DNA of 64,000 nucleotides from an uncultured virus (IMG/VR IMGVR_UViG_3300046331_000190) (IMGVR_UViG_3300046331_000190), one strand, 5' to 3'; shown: positions 18,504 through 27,559, numbered from the stretch's first letter. The notes: a model not told the origin generated them from the sequence alone. Numbers and translations: made by a program.

Positions 18504-19060
18504 ACAGTTTCTTCATTGTCTTTTATTTTACCGCACTTAACGCACTCTTCATCACCGTCATTGTCAACATCGTCCCATACGTGTTCACATTGTCTGTGTG
18601 CAAAGTATACATCGATCTTACCATCACCGTCAATATCTAAGCCATCCATAACTCCGTCACCGTCTTCATCGATTTCAGTGCCAGTTTGTTTTGGTTCAGT
18701 TTTTGGTAGTGATACTACTGATTCTAATGTATTATTAATCTGTGGAGCTGCAGGCATATCTGAAGTATTAGATAGACTTGTACCGTCCTCCTCATCCATT
18801 TTCTGGACTAGCATCTTATCTTTATCTGTATCAGAGAACCAGTAGTCAATAATCTTACCATAAGAACCAATAAAAGCCCCTAGTAAAAGTAATAACAACT
18901 CTTTCCACTCACCAGCAATAGCAGTATTTTGAGCAATAGCAATGAATATACCGCCAATAATAAGCATAAAACCTCCAAGAACGATAGCTGTTATCAACCA
19001 TCGTCTTGTCATCATCTGAGTTAACAGGTCTTTAAACCCTGTTGCTTGACTATTTTCCAT
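18500..19060 (-). CDS. Two-TM membrane protein with DxDGDG Ca-binding-like motifs and a CEH...CxxC tail
   Basis: Two hydrophobic helices, IIDYWF, DEDGDG, DIDGDG, CEHVW...CVKCG. Confidence 0.65.
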   Translation of the reverse strand: MENSQATGFKDLLTQMMTRRWLITAIVLGGFMLIIGGIFIAIAQNTAIAGEWKELLLLLLGAFIGSYGKIIDYWFSDTDKDKMLVQKMDEEDGTSLSNTSDMPAAPQINNTLESVVSLPKTEPKQTGTEIDEDGDGVMDGLDIDGDGKIDVYFAHRQCEHVWDDVDNDGDEECVKCGKIKDNEETV

Positions 19061-19371
19061 TACCATTTAGGGGCTTCTTCTAACTCTTCCTTCGCTGTCT
19101 TAGGCTTAGGCTTTGGAGCTGGAGCTGCTTGTGCCGCAGGAGCTGCAGTCTTATTAACAATGATAGTTTTAGCTACAGGTGCTGGAGCAGCCGCCGCTTG
19201 ATTGATATTAATAACAGGAGCTGCTGCAGTTGTTGCTGCTGGAGCTGGTTCATCACCTTCACCTGTTAATTGTTTTGTAACGTAACCACCAACACCTAGT
19301 GCAATGGTACTTGCTAATCCGATTAAGATGCTCTTTAATGAGCCTCCTGTGCTTTCTGCTTCTTCTGACAT
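19060..19371 (-). CDS. Single-TM Pro/Ala-rich protein
   Basis: ILIGLASTIALGVGGYV followed by PAPAA and PKPKPK. Confidence 0.65.
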   Translation of the reverse strand: MSEEAESTGGSLKSILIGLASTIALGVGGYVTKQLTGEGDEPAPAATTAAAPVININQAAAAPAPVAKTIIVNKTAAPAAQAAPAPKPKPKTAKEELEEAPKW

Positions 19372-19376
19372 GTTGT

Positions 19377-19739
19377 TTATCGTTTAATAACTAAAGGTTT
19401 TCTAATAGATGTACCAGACACATCTGTTAATGTTAAGTCATATAACCCATCTGGTAGGTCACTAAAATCGTAGATCTTTGTTGTAATCTCAGTATCTGCA
19501 GTTAATGGTAAAGTCTTTACAGGTTCAATAGCAGCAAAAGAGTAAACCTGAACAGAGTATTTAGCTCCAGGTGTTACTGCAAATAAAGCTGTAACCTTAC
19601 CTCCAATAGATGTAGCACTTAATATTTCTGTTGAAGTAGCTTTTGCACCAAGATTTATTGGAGCATCTTCAAACTTCTCTAGATCAGAGCATGCAAATAC
19701 TAACGTAACAAGCGTTAATAACAATAATGTATTCTTCAT
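19377..19739 (-). CDS. Lipoprotein with an Ig-like domain resembling a T9SS C-terminal sorting domain
   Basis: Lipobox LVFAC; C-terminus DFSDLPDGLYDLTLTDVSG...KPLVIKR. Confidence 0.65.
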   Translation of the reverse strand: MKNTLLLLTLVTLVFACSDLEKFEDAPINLGAKATSTEILSATSIGGKVTALFAVTPGAKYSVQVYSFAAIEPVKTLPLTADTEITTKIYDFSDLPDGLYDLTLTDVSGTSIRKPLVIKR

Positions 19740-19751
19740 AGTGGTTAGATA

Positions 19752-21527
19752 TTAAAAGTTGTTGTATCCAGTAATCTTAATAGTATCTGAGTTAAGTGTA
19801 ATACCTAACTGAGCACCTGTACTTGATGCAGCATCCATTACTGGACTTACTTTAATCAAGGTATTCATATCTAAACCGTTTGTTATTGCACTGAACTTAA
19901 GTTTAAACGGTACTAGTTCCCCTGTAACAGATGAGTTAAGAGCTTTATCTAATGCACCAAAACGAATAACACCAGGTTTAGTATTATCAGCAAAAGCATA
20001 CCATGTATTTGGCATTTGGTTCATGATCTCTTCAAACTTAATAGAGGCAGGATTATATCTAAACTCAAACTGTAAACCTGATAACTTATTACCGTTCGTA
20101 TTAACCTTGATTGGTATCTCGATAGTATTAGATGTTAGAGTCTGGTTAGCTAAGCTCACTGAAATGTTTGAAGTAGCAACTGTTCTGTTTAACGTCTTAT
20201 TTGCTGTTGAGTTAGTCTTTAATGATACAGCAGCATTTGTTGCAATAGTACCATTAATCATCATCTGAGATGAATGTGAACGGTTTATATCACCAGGGAT
20301 TAAGAACTTAAGTCTTAATGGTTTATTCTGACCTATGAGACCTGTTCTAAATGTAACATAACTATTCTGGATATCTTTCCAGTTTGTTGCAGTTAGTCCA
20401 TTAAAAGTACTATCTGTAAAAGTAGGAACTGACATATACATATCTGTACCTGATGTCCATCCTTGCGGACGTGATACTAGATCTGTTACTCCAATAACAT
20501 GAGAGTAAAGCTTTGTTAAATCACCACCATCAAAAGTTTTAGAGCGATTAACATCAGCAGCTAAATAACCAGCTCCTGTAATAATAGATTCAGCTTTATA
20601 TGTACCGTCTAAGTTCTGTTGTACAAACTCAGCTTGTGCTGTAGTGTAATCAGATACAGTGACGGCAGCATCATATAAATCTAACATACTATCCATATTA
20701 ACCATCATCATAACACGATAATCAGTGTTAGGTTCTAAACGTGACTGATCAATATTAACTGCACCGTTGCTTGTTGCATCAGCAATAATACCAACGTTTG
20801 TTGTTGGATTTAAAAACAAAACTCGATGTAAAGTAAAGTTATCGATGTTAGGATTTGTCTCTATAGTTGCATTAACATACTTAGTAGCTGTAGGATCAAG
20901 ATAGATAACACTTGTTAAAGGTATTGTCATCTCAGTTGAACCTGATGTACCGTTTGCATTAAATGCAGCAGCAAAGTTCATCTTGATAGGATCCCATGCA
21001 TAACCTGGAGCAGTAGTCTTTAATCTAAACTTAAGACGAATTATATCATCCCAACCTCCAGAATATGGCATACCATTTGGACTAGCCCAGTTTAAATAGA
21101 CCCTAAGAATAGTTTTAGGTCCACCAGCCGTAAAAGTATAATTAGCACGATTATAGTTAGCATTACCGTCTGGAGTGGTATTCTGTTGCGTAGATACCCA
21201 CGTATAACCAGGATAAGTGTACCAGTCCATAGTAATACTAGAACCGTAAGGAAGTATCCCACCGTTTCCACCTGTTCCTGTATTTGTAACAGTAACAAGC
21301 TCAAACGCTGTGTTCTGGTACTCAAAATCGAAATAAAGCGATCTAGCTGTAGTGTTACCATTACCATCTGCTTTTACTGATACTATAAACTCATCTCCTT
21401 TGTTGATGACTGTACCGTTAACATTTACTGATGTTGAATCATCTTGTAGTCTTAACTTAATGTTGTTCTGACTATATGCAGTACTAAAAAAAGATAGTAA
21501 GATGACTATATAAAAAAGCTTTCTCAT
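19752..21527 (-). CDS. Secreted protein with cohesin-like domains and dockerin-like Ca-binding loops
   Basis: Signal peptide; GDEFIVSV...YFDFEYQNTAFELV; AADVNRSKTFDGGD; GDINRSHS; IEIPIKV...LSGLQFEFRYNPASIKFEEI. Confidence 0.7.
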   Translation of the reverse strand: MRKLFYIVILLSFFSTAYSQNNIKLRLQDDSTSVNVNGTVINKGDEFIVSVKADGNGNTTARSLYFDFEYQNTAFELVTVTNTGTGGNGGILPYGSSITMDWYTYPGYTWVSTQQNTTPDGNANYNRANYTFTAGGPKTILRVYLNWASPNGMPYSGGWDDIIRLKFRLKTTAPGYAWDPIKMNFAAAFNANGTSGSTEMTIPLTSVIYLDPTATKYVNATIETNPNIDNFTLHRVLFLNPTTNVGIIADATSNGAVNIDQSRLEPNTDYRVMMMVNMDSMLDLYDAAVTVSDYTTAQAEFVQQNLDGTYKAESIITGAGYLAADVNRSKTFDGGDLTKLYSHVIGVTDLVSRPQGWTSGTDMYMSVPTFTDSTFNGLTATNWKDIQNSYVTFRTGLIGQNKPLRLKFLIPGDINRSHSSQMMINGTIATNAAVSLKTNSTANKTLNRTVATSNISVSLANQTLTSNTIEIPIKVNTNGNKLSGLQFEFRYNPASIKFEEIMNQMPNTWYAFADNTKPGVIRFGALDKALNSSVTGELVPFKLKFSAITNGLDMNTLIKVSPVMDAASSTGAQLGITLNSDTIKITGYNNF

Positions 21528-22060
21528 TATAATAGTTTTGTGATTAGTGTGTTACAAGATTTTTTTAGAGCTGATGATAGATTAGTTTGGTTAAACTTAC
21601 CACCTTCATCTATAACTAGCGCAGCCATTGATACTTCCTCAGCAGACTCCTCAACTATAACTGTCTTTTTTACTTTACTATCTTCAATCAACTTACCTCT
21701 CATTCGTATAACTACAGCTTCTGTATTCTTATGAAATACGGATAAGTTAGACTGAGTCTTTAATACATCAAGATAAACAATCTCTATCTCTATCTTCTTT
21801 GTAGCATATGGGTTGATTACATAATCTTTCTCTTGTAAGAACTCTTCCATAATATTCTTAACACCAAAAGCAAGATTACGATTACCAGCTAGATTACCCA
21901 TAACAATCTTATTCTCAACAGAAGAAACGTTTATGCTTTCTCCCGGTCCTATAAGATTAACAATGTTCTGAGGAGCAAAGAAGTGTGAGTATATAAAGTA
22001 ACTCTGTATAGATAATGCAGATGCTACAATACTCCAAACAACAAATAGTAATGCTTTCAT
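21527..22060 (-). CDS. Membrane-anchored CsgG-like paralog
   Basis: FGVKNIMEEFLQE and KFNQTNLSSALKKS mirror motifs of the 17772-18503 protein. Confidence 0.6.
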   Translation of the reverse strand: MKALLFVVWSIVASALSIQSYFIYSHFFAPQNIVNLIGPGESINVSSVENKIVMGNLAGNRNLAFGVKNIMEEFLQEKDYVINPYATKKIEIEIVYLDVLKTQSNLSVFHKNTEAVVIRMRGKLIEDSKVKKTVIVEESAEEVSMAALVIDEGGKFNQTNLSSALKKSCNTLITKLL

Positions 22061-22092
22061 ATACTTATGGTTTATACATGGAAAAAGAGCGA

Positions 22093-22224
22093 TTAACGCC
22101 CTTGTCCCACATATTTCTTTTTAACTGCTTTAGCTTTTGGTCCTGCAGTCTTTGCATGTTTTCCTTTACGTCTAGTGCCGAAGACAATCTTCTTTGCTTC
22201 AGTAGATCCTTTTGTTTTTGCCAT
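22093..22224 (-). CDS. Unannotated 43-aa very basic protein (MAKTKGSTEAKK...KKYVGQGR)
   Basis: Manual translation; starts just after the endolysin stop; Lys/Arg-rich. Confidence 0.7.
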   Translation of the reverse strand: MAKTKGSTEAKKIVFGTRRKGKHAKTAGPKAKAVKKKYVGQGR

Positions 22225-22230
22225 GGTTTA

Positions 22231-23067
22231 TTATGATAGTAAGTGATAATACTCATTAAAGTGTTTAATGCGATCTGTTAAGCCTATTGTACCGCCATTA
22301 ACTCGTTTAGTTACTGCTGTTACTGTTGCTGTATTAGCTCCTTTATCACAGATAGCCCATAGTTTATTGCTATTAAAGAAGAAAGCTGCTGATGCTAATG
22401 CATACTTTGTAGCTACAAGATCTGGATTAGCAACAATATTTTCTGGAACTGTAGCATCAAAACGAGTATAGTTTTCTTTACCTGTAAGTTGGATATAACC
22501 CCTTCCCCGGAACGCGAAACCGTCTCCTGATGCTTCAGGACCATTACCCATACGAGATGCATAAACTCTGTTTGCAATCTTTTCAGGTTTGCGTTCGTAT
22601 TGTGCAGCTAAAGCAGCTGTTGGGAAATACTTTTTGAAGATACCCATCAAACCTTTTGCTGAATAGTTAAGATTCTCTTGAGTAGCTCTAAAACCACCAG
22701 ACTCATGACCACACTGAGCTAAGAAATGAGCTAGGCGTAACGGCGTAGTAATATTAAATAAACGAGCTGTATCTGGAATAGCATCAATAACAGCTTGAGG
22801 TACATGTCCTTTTAATCGATCTAGTTTGAAGCTGGAAGTTACAGCAGGGGGTGTTGTAACTTGGGTGACAGGTGCTTCTGTTTGAGATGAAAACATCTTA
22901 GCCCAAGTACCATCACCAACAATACCGTCAGCAGTAAGACCGTGTGCAGATTGCCATGCTTTTACAGCAGCATCTGTCTTTGGTCCAAACTTACCAACAA
23001 CATCAACACCTAAAAACAGCTGGAGCTTCTTTACATCTTCTCCTTCAGATCCTATTCTTAATAACAT
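22231..23067 (-). CDS. Endolysin: peptidoglycan-binding domain plus GH19 lysozyme/chitinase-like domain
   Basis: FGPKTDAAVKAWQ..HGLTADGIVG; HFLAQCGHESGGF; ENLNYS; RGRGYIQLTG; VTKRVNGG. Confidence 0.92.
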   Translation of the reverse strand: MLLRIGSEGEDVKKLQLFLGVDVVGKFGPKTDAAVKAWQSAHGLTADGIVGDGTWAKMFSSQTEAPVTQVTTPPAVTSSFKLDRLKGHVPQAVIDAIPDTARLFNITTPLRLAHFLAQCGHESGGFRATQENLNYSAKGLMGIFKKYFPTAALAAQYERKPEKIANRVYASRMGNGPEASGDGFAFRGRGYIQLTGKENYTRFDATVPENIVANPDLVATKYALASAAFFFNSNKLWAICDKGANTATVTAVTKRVNGGTIGLTDRIKHFNEYYHLLS

Positions 23068-23089
23068 ATGTATAGTGGTTAGGTGATTT

Positions 23090-23278
23090 TTACTTCTTCT
23101 TACGCTTGTAGTAGCGTCTCTTTGGCTTAGCTACTGCTTCTTCAGCAATCTGCTCAGCAACTGAATCAGATATCTCAACGATCTCTTCTTTTACAGCTTC
23201 TACAATAGGTTGGACTTCTTCTAAGATAGTCTTCTTTGGACTTGTGAATAGTCCCTTAATGAATGATAAAATACTCAT
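23090..23278 (-). CDS. Small hypothetical protein with acidic core and basic tail
   Basis: 62-aa ORF in the lysis region. Confidence 0.55.
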   Translation of the reverse strand: MSILSFIKGLFTSPKKTILEEVQPIVEAVKEEIVEISDSVAEQIAEEAVAKPKRRYYKRKKK

Positions 23279-23294
23279 GGTTTATTTGTTTAGG

Positions 23295-23912
23295 TTAATT
23301 CTTTCCGATCTTGAAGTACGTCTGTATGCCAAAAGACGTTGTACCGTCCGTGGCAATGTTAACTTTCGCACCATATATTTGATCCTTCTTCGTCTTGTAT
23401 AGTATACCGCCTTCAGCACTTCGGACGTTACCCCCGCTAGTAAGGTTAAGGCCACCACCAACATAGACTTGTCGTTTAGGATCATCGTATTTAGTAATCG
23501 TTTTAGTTTCTTTTACAACAGGAATCTTATAGTTCTCTCTAAAGCTACGTCCAACAATCTTGTTTTCAGTAACAGTATCAACTATACGTATATGACCATA
23601 CTGACCAACATGAACGCTGTCTGTATAAATCTTTCTTGAAGCAAAGCGTTTAGCTAAGTCTTCGTACTGCTGCTTTAGTTTAGGATAAGCTGTATCAGCT
23701 TTATACTCAGTGCTTAATACCTCAAAAGGTACTGGAACCTCATATGGAACAGGGACTGGTTTCACAATAAGACTATCGTGCTTTGTCCAGAACGTGTCAG
23801 TAACAATAAGAGTATCAGGTTGTCTACTATTTGAGTGACCTATACATCCTCGCTGGGTCAGAACTACAAAAAACGCTATAATAATAATAGCGACGATAAC
23901 TATATTCTTCAT
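23295..23912 (-). CDS. Putative spanin-like / membrane lysis accessory protein
   Basis: N-terminal TM ending QRGC; DTLIVTDT repeats; beta-rich C-terminus; located between holins and endolysin. Confidence 0.5.
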   Translation of the reverse strand: MKNIVIVAIIIIAFFVVLTQRGCIGHSNSRQPDTLIVTDTFWTKHDSLIVKPVPVPYEVPVPFEVLSTEYKADTAYPKLKQQYEDLAKRFASRKIYTDSVHVGQYGHIRIVDTVTENKIVGRSFRENYKIPVVKETKTITKYDDPKRQVYVGGGLNLTSGGNVRSAEGGILYKTKKDQIYGAKVNIATDGTTSFGIQTYFKIGKN

Positions 23913-23914
23913 TA

Positions 23915-24202
23915 TTATCCTTCCATGTGAACATCTTCCTCTTTGTTTGAGTCTTTTGTCTTCTTACCCATGATGTTTTCAGCACCAGAGATACCAAAAG
24001 AACCTAATGTAATAATAGCAAAAGCATTAAAGATGTAGTCGTTTATAACTAACTCTTGTCCTAGATATCCTGTAACTAAGTCTACAGTCATTGCTAGTAC
24101 CATTACAGCAAAAGACATAAAACCAACTACTGACTTTTCATTCCAGTCGTTGTTGTCTTTAAATATCGTCCAAAAGCTTGTTGATTCGGTTGTCTTCTTC
24201 AT
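23915..24202 (-). CDS. Putative holin (2 TM)
   Basis: Two hydrophobic helices and a charged C-terminus; lysis region. Confidence 0.55.
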   Translation of the reverse strand: MKKTTESTSFWTIFKDNNDWNEKSVVGFMSFAVMVLAMTVDLVTGYLGQELVINDYIFNAFAIITLGSFGISGAENIMGKKTKDSNKEEDVHMEG

Positions 24203-24473
24203 CTTGGTTAGGTTTTATAGCTACCATCTCATGATAAAATACTTGAGAAGGTAGCTTATTTGGTGGGTTAGGTGTTTGTAATGCCAGTTTACTATATACA
24301 GCGCGTTCCAGATTGTCAATCCTAGTTTTATCGACGTTACTTTGCGCCATTAATAGTTTTACATCCTGTTTAACTTCGTTGACATCTTGCCAGATCATAA
24401 TCCCTAAAAGAGATACTAGACTGGGAAATATCCACGCTTTGAATGCTGAGATGGTTGGGTTCTCTCTGGTCAT
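24159..24473 (-). CDS. Putative holin/antiholin (1 TM plus coiled coil)
   Basis: WIFPSLVSLLGIMIW followed by a heptad region. Confidence 0.5.
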   Translation of the reverse strand: MTRENPTISAFKAWIFPSLVSLLGIMIWQDVNEVKQDVKLLMAQSNVDKTRIDNLERAVYSKLALQTPNPPNKLPSQVFYHEMVAIKPNQDEEDNRINKLLDDI

Positions 24474-24519
24474 TGTTTAAAATAGTTTAGCAAATCCTGC
24501 TTTTATAATCGTTATATCA

Positions 24520-25056
24520 TTATGACGACCAAGAATTAAGGTGGTGATGAAAAGCATACTGCTTTAAAAAGTCAGTAAAGATCATCGTATTAATATCATG
24601 AGAAGCTAACTTACTTCCAAACCAATCAGGTCCATAAAACTTTGTCTTGATATTAACCATACTGCAAAGATCTTCTATAACTGGATGACCTTTATCAGCA
24701 CCTATTACACCATTCATTATACGTTTTTGTTCTGGTCCCCAAGTTAAAAATATGTTGTCTAACTCTCTTAGTGCATCAAATGAATTAACTGGTTCAAAAT
24801 CAACATCAATATACAAACCACCGTATTCTTTTAACAAAAACATTCTAAGTACATCTGCTTGAAAAGCGTAGTGTTTAGTTTGTCCAAAGTAATCAAATAT
24901 TTCTTGCATCTCTTTGGGCATCTCAGGTAGATTATCATCTTTCCAAAACATGTATTCCCATGTAGGATTCATGCTTTTGACTAATCTACAACACCGTCTT
25001 TCTCTCACTTGCATCACATTGGGACCTACCCAAATCTGATGTATTATGTTATTCAT
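24520..25056 (-). CDS. Glycosyltransferase with DXD motif (GT32/OCH1-like)
   Basis: IIHQIWVG; ADVLR..LL..YGGLYIDVD; YGP; HHHLNSW. Confidence 0.88.
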   Translation of the reverse strand: MNNIIHQIWVGPNVMQVRERRCCRLVKSMNPTWEYMFWKDDNLPEMPKEMQEIFDYFGQTKHYAFQADVLRMFLLKEYGGLYIDVDFEPVNSFDALRELDNIFLTWGPEQKRIMNGVIGADKGHPVIEDLCSMVNIKTKFYGPDWFGSKLASHDINTMIFTDFLKQYAFHHHLNSWSS

Positions 25057-25703
25057 GGTGAAGTATTCTGAAAGATACGTCCTTTAAACTCACTTGTTAA
25101 CAAGCTATGTAAAGATTTTGGATCTTGAGTTTCAGTTAGTTTATGATATTCAATACCAATGTACTTAAACTGATTAATCTTATGTATTATACTAGGTATT
25201 ATTTTATACTCAGCTCCTTCACAATCTACTTTTAAATACTTACAGTCAGTAGTAATATACTTATTAATGGTTTCAGTTATACAATATGATATAACACCTC
25301 CTTTTGTATACTCTGAAGATGCACCTGTATTAAATACTGGAGTACTGATCTTTATCTTATCCCCTTCCTTATCAGTAATTGCTACATTATGCAGCTCTAT
25401 ATCTGATAATGATAAACCGTTTAAGAGAATGTTTTTCTTAAACTGCTCATAGTTTATTTGTACTGGTTCAAAAGCTATAACTTTGCATCCAAACTTCTTT
25501 TTAACATATATAGAAAACATACCTATGTTGCCTCCTATATCTATTACAGTATCTGTTGGTAAAAGCTTTATTTGCTCTAAGCCATAACAGTCTGATTCAA
25601 GTTCCGTTGTTACGATTTTTATTGTATCAGAAGTAGTTAAATCTTCAAAAACTAAAGGTATACTTCTAATACTACCGTAACAACGAGACCTGTTATAATC
25701 CAT
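25053..25703 (-). CDS. FkbM-family methyltransferase
   Basis: VIDIGGNIG, AFEP and LKVDCEGAE motifs. Confidence 0.9.
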   Translation of the reverse strand: MDYNRSRCYGSIRSIPLVFEDLTTSDTIKIVTTELESDCYGLEQIKLLPTDTVIDIGGNIGMFSIYVKKKFGCKVIAFEPVQINYEQFKKNILLNGLSLSDIELHNVAITDKEGDKIKISTPVFNTGASSEYTKGGVISYCITETINKYITTDCKYLKVDCEGAEYKIIPSIIHKINQFKYIGIEYHKLTETQDPKSLHSLLTSEFKGRIFQNTSP

Positions 25704-25708
25704 TAAGC

Positions 25709-25939
25709 TTATGCTTCTTCTGAAGGCTGTAAATGCTTTGGTAACTCTAAATCTAAGCGAGTAATCTCAGCTTCGCATTCAGCTTTTGTAGCAGCAACAA
25801 ATACTTCTGTTGAACCACCTGTTTCACTTTGATATGCTGCTTCGATTAAATCAATAACCTTACCACTATTATGAATCAATCTCCAGCTTTGAGTAGCCGA
25901 TACAGTTTTGATTCCATTATTATCTGCTTGAATATACAT
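25709..25939 (-). CDS. Hypothetical protein (possible fibre chaperone)
   Basis: 76-aa ORF downstream of the fibre-like gene. Confidence 0.5.
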   Translation of the reverse strand: MYIQADNNGIKTVSATQSWRLIHNSGKVIDLIEAAYQSETGGSTEVFVAATKAECEAEITRLDLELPKHLQPSEEA

Positions 25940-25967
25940 TGTTATATCTTTTATATGTTAGTTAAAA

Positions 25968-27086
25968 CTAGTTATGGCTAATTGTAAACCCTCTACCTAA
26001 TAGTATAGCTTTTGCTGCTAAACCAGTGGATGAAGGAGCTGCATTTGTACCACCTGTTAAATTAATTGTACCATTGTTAGATGGATCAGTACCATTTGTA
26101 CCATCTAAACTAGCTAGTAAAGTTAAAATGCCATCAACTGAAGATTGTGTTAAAGCACAATCTTGGAAGTTAATATTTGCAGGACCCCAAGAAAGACCTA
26201 ATGTTTTTAGTGTACCAATAGTACCTAAAACCACATTAGCTAACTGAGAATGTCCATTATAAGATACATAAGCACTCTCATAATTAATTATAGCTGGGAC
26301 ACGTAACGTATTTAATACCGATGCTCCAGAACCCATTCCACTACTTACATGATACACTGATTTCCAAAGAATAGCTGATGGTAGATTAATTACTTGTAAA
26401 AAACCAGGTTCGTAAATAGAAAGAGCAGCTTGTTTTAATAGCGGAAAGTTTGATGGCCCAATCTCAGCTATAGCTGTTACACCATTAATTTGTATCTGAC
26501 CATAAGAAGAAAGATCCGTTAATGATGAAAAGTTTAAAGTTGTTAATGCAGGACTATTGTTATTTATCGAAATACCTTTACATACTTGTAGTAGTGGAAA
26601 GTTAACAGTTGTTAATGCTGCACCTGAAAAATTAATACCACTCATTGGACTATCTTGAGCAATAGTATCAGGAAAAGAAAAAGTAGTAACCACAGTTGAT
26701 CCAGTAATGTAAAGATCACCAATATAACGTGTATAAAAAGCTATATTTGTTGCGGTAGTACTAACGCTACTACCACCATATCCACCGTAGCCATTTGAAC
26801 CAGCAGCATTAAAACTAAATGATGCATAGTTACCAACTTCTGTAGTATAAACACCGTTAACAGTCTTAGGTACAGAAGCTTTTTGTACATAAGTTGCAGT
26901 AATATCACTTCCTAATATACCATTCGCAGTTACTCCAAATGATGGAGCTGAACCTCCGCCTGATGCTAAATCTGCAATAGCTTGAGCTGTTACTTTTTTT
27001 GTAGTACCACTTTGTACTATTGGTAATACTTCTGTACCTGCTAGGGCAGATGCTGAAGCTAATTGACTAATCTTTTTATTTGCCAT
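25968..27086 (-). CDS. Virion fibre / receptor-binding-like protein with LRR-like repeats
   Basis: MANKKISQL..A..LAGTE.LPIVQ.G.TKK N-terminus; LTTVNFPLL/LTTLNFSSL repeats; G/S/T/N-rich. Confidence 0.65.
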   Translation of the reverse strand: MANKKISQLASASALAGTEVLPIVQSGTTKKVTAQAIADLASGGGSAPSFGVTANGILGSDITATYVQKASVPKTVNGVYTTEVGNYASFSFNAAGSNGYGGYGGSSVSTTATNIAFYTRYIGDLYITGSTVVTTFSFPDTIAQDSPMSGINFSGAALTTVNFPLLQVCKGISINNNSPALTTLNFSSLTDLSSYGQIQINGVTAIAEIGPSNFPLLKQAALSIYEPGFLQVINLPSAILWKSVYHVSSGMGSGASVLNTLRVPAIINYESAYVSYNGHSQLANVVLGTIGTLKTLGLSWGPANINFQDCALTQSSVDGILTLLASLDGTNGTDPSNNGTINLTGGTNAAPSSTGLAAKAILLGRGFTISHN

Positions 27087-27105
27087 GTTTAATATATGTT
27101 AAATG

Positions 27106-27423
27106 TTATAGTGTGATTAAGTCTTCGTTTTCTGCAACTAGACTAAAGTTATCTTCTGTTAATAAAGACTCTGCTCCTGCTGCTGTAACGTCTAAGATGT
27201 TACCTTTTGGTACCGTAAGTACAGCTACTAATGAATTAGGTATAATAGCACCTTTTTTGTTTGTACGAACAACGTACTTTAAACCATCAGGATGAGTTGG
27301 TAAAACTGTAGCACTAGATATTTCTAGAGTATTAGCTGGAACTTTACCAGTAGTACCCATCATAGTACCAGGGATTGGAAACCCTAAAGCATCTTTCTGA
27401 GCATAGTATTTTAATGTTGCCAT
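27106..27423 (-). CDS. Putative small structural protein
   Basis: First gene of the late operon; duplicated Y.....G..IP.. motif; LLTEDN...ENED tail. Confidence 0.55.
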   Translation of the reverse strand: MATLKYYAQKDALGFPIPGTMMGTTGKVPANTLEISSATVLPTHPDGLKYVVRTNKKGAIIPNSLVAVLTVPKGNILDVTAAGAESLLTEDNFSLVAENEDLITL

Positions 27424-27457
27424 ATTATATAAAGTTTTTAATAGCGTTAAGCAGTAG

Positions 27458-27488
27458 TTTGGAGATATGAATCAAAGCATTATCTTTG
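27458..27488 (+). promoter_or_regulatory. Canonical Bacteroidota primary-sigma promoter for the replication operon
   Basis: TTTG (27458-61), 19-nt spacer, TATCTTTG (27481-88). Confidence 0.8.
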
Positions 27489-27508
27489 CATCCCCTTTAG
27501 AGAATCTC

Positions 27509-27522
27509 TACATAATAATATA
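27509..27522 (-). promoter_or_regulatory. Candidate phage late-promoter motif
   Basis: Minus strand TATATTATTATGTA; near-identical copy at 61109-61123. Confidence 0.45.
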
Positions 27523-27559
27523 TTAAATATTGTACAAATAACCTAAACAAAAGTAGCCT

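Noticed and set aside
22065..22256. Listed 63-aa ORF MSIITYYHNK...
   Set aside because: Overlaps the endolysin end; the 43-aa basic ORF at 22093-22224 has a better start context
27424..27559. Replication origin in the divergent AT-rich gap
   Set aside because: No iterons visible; divergent promoters explain the region
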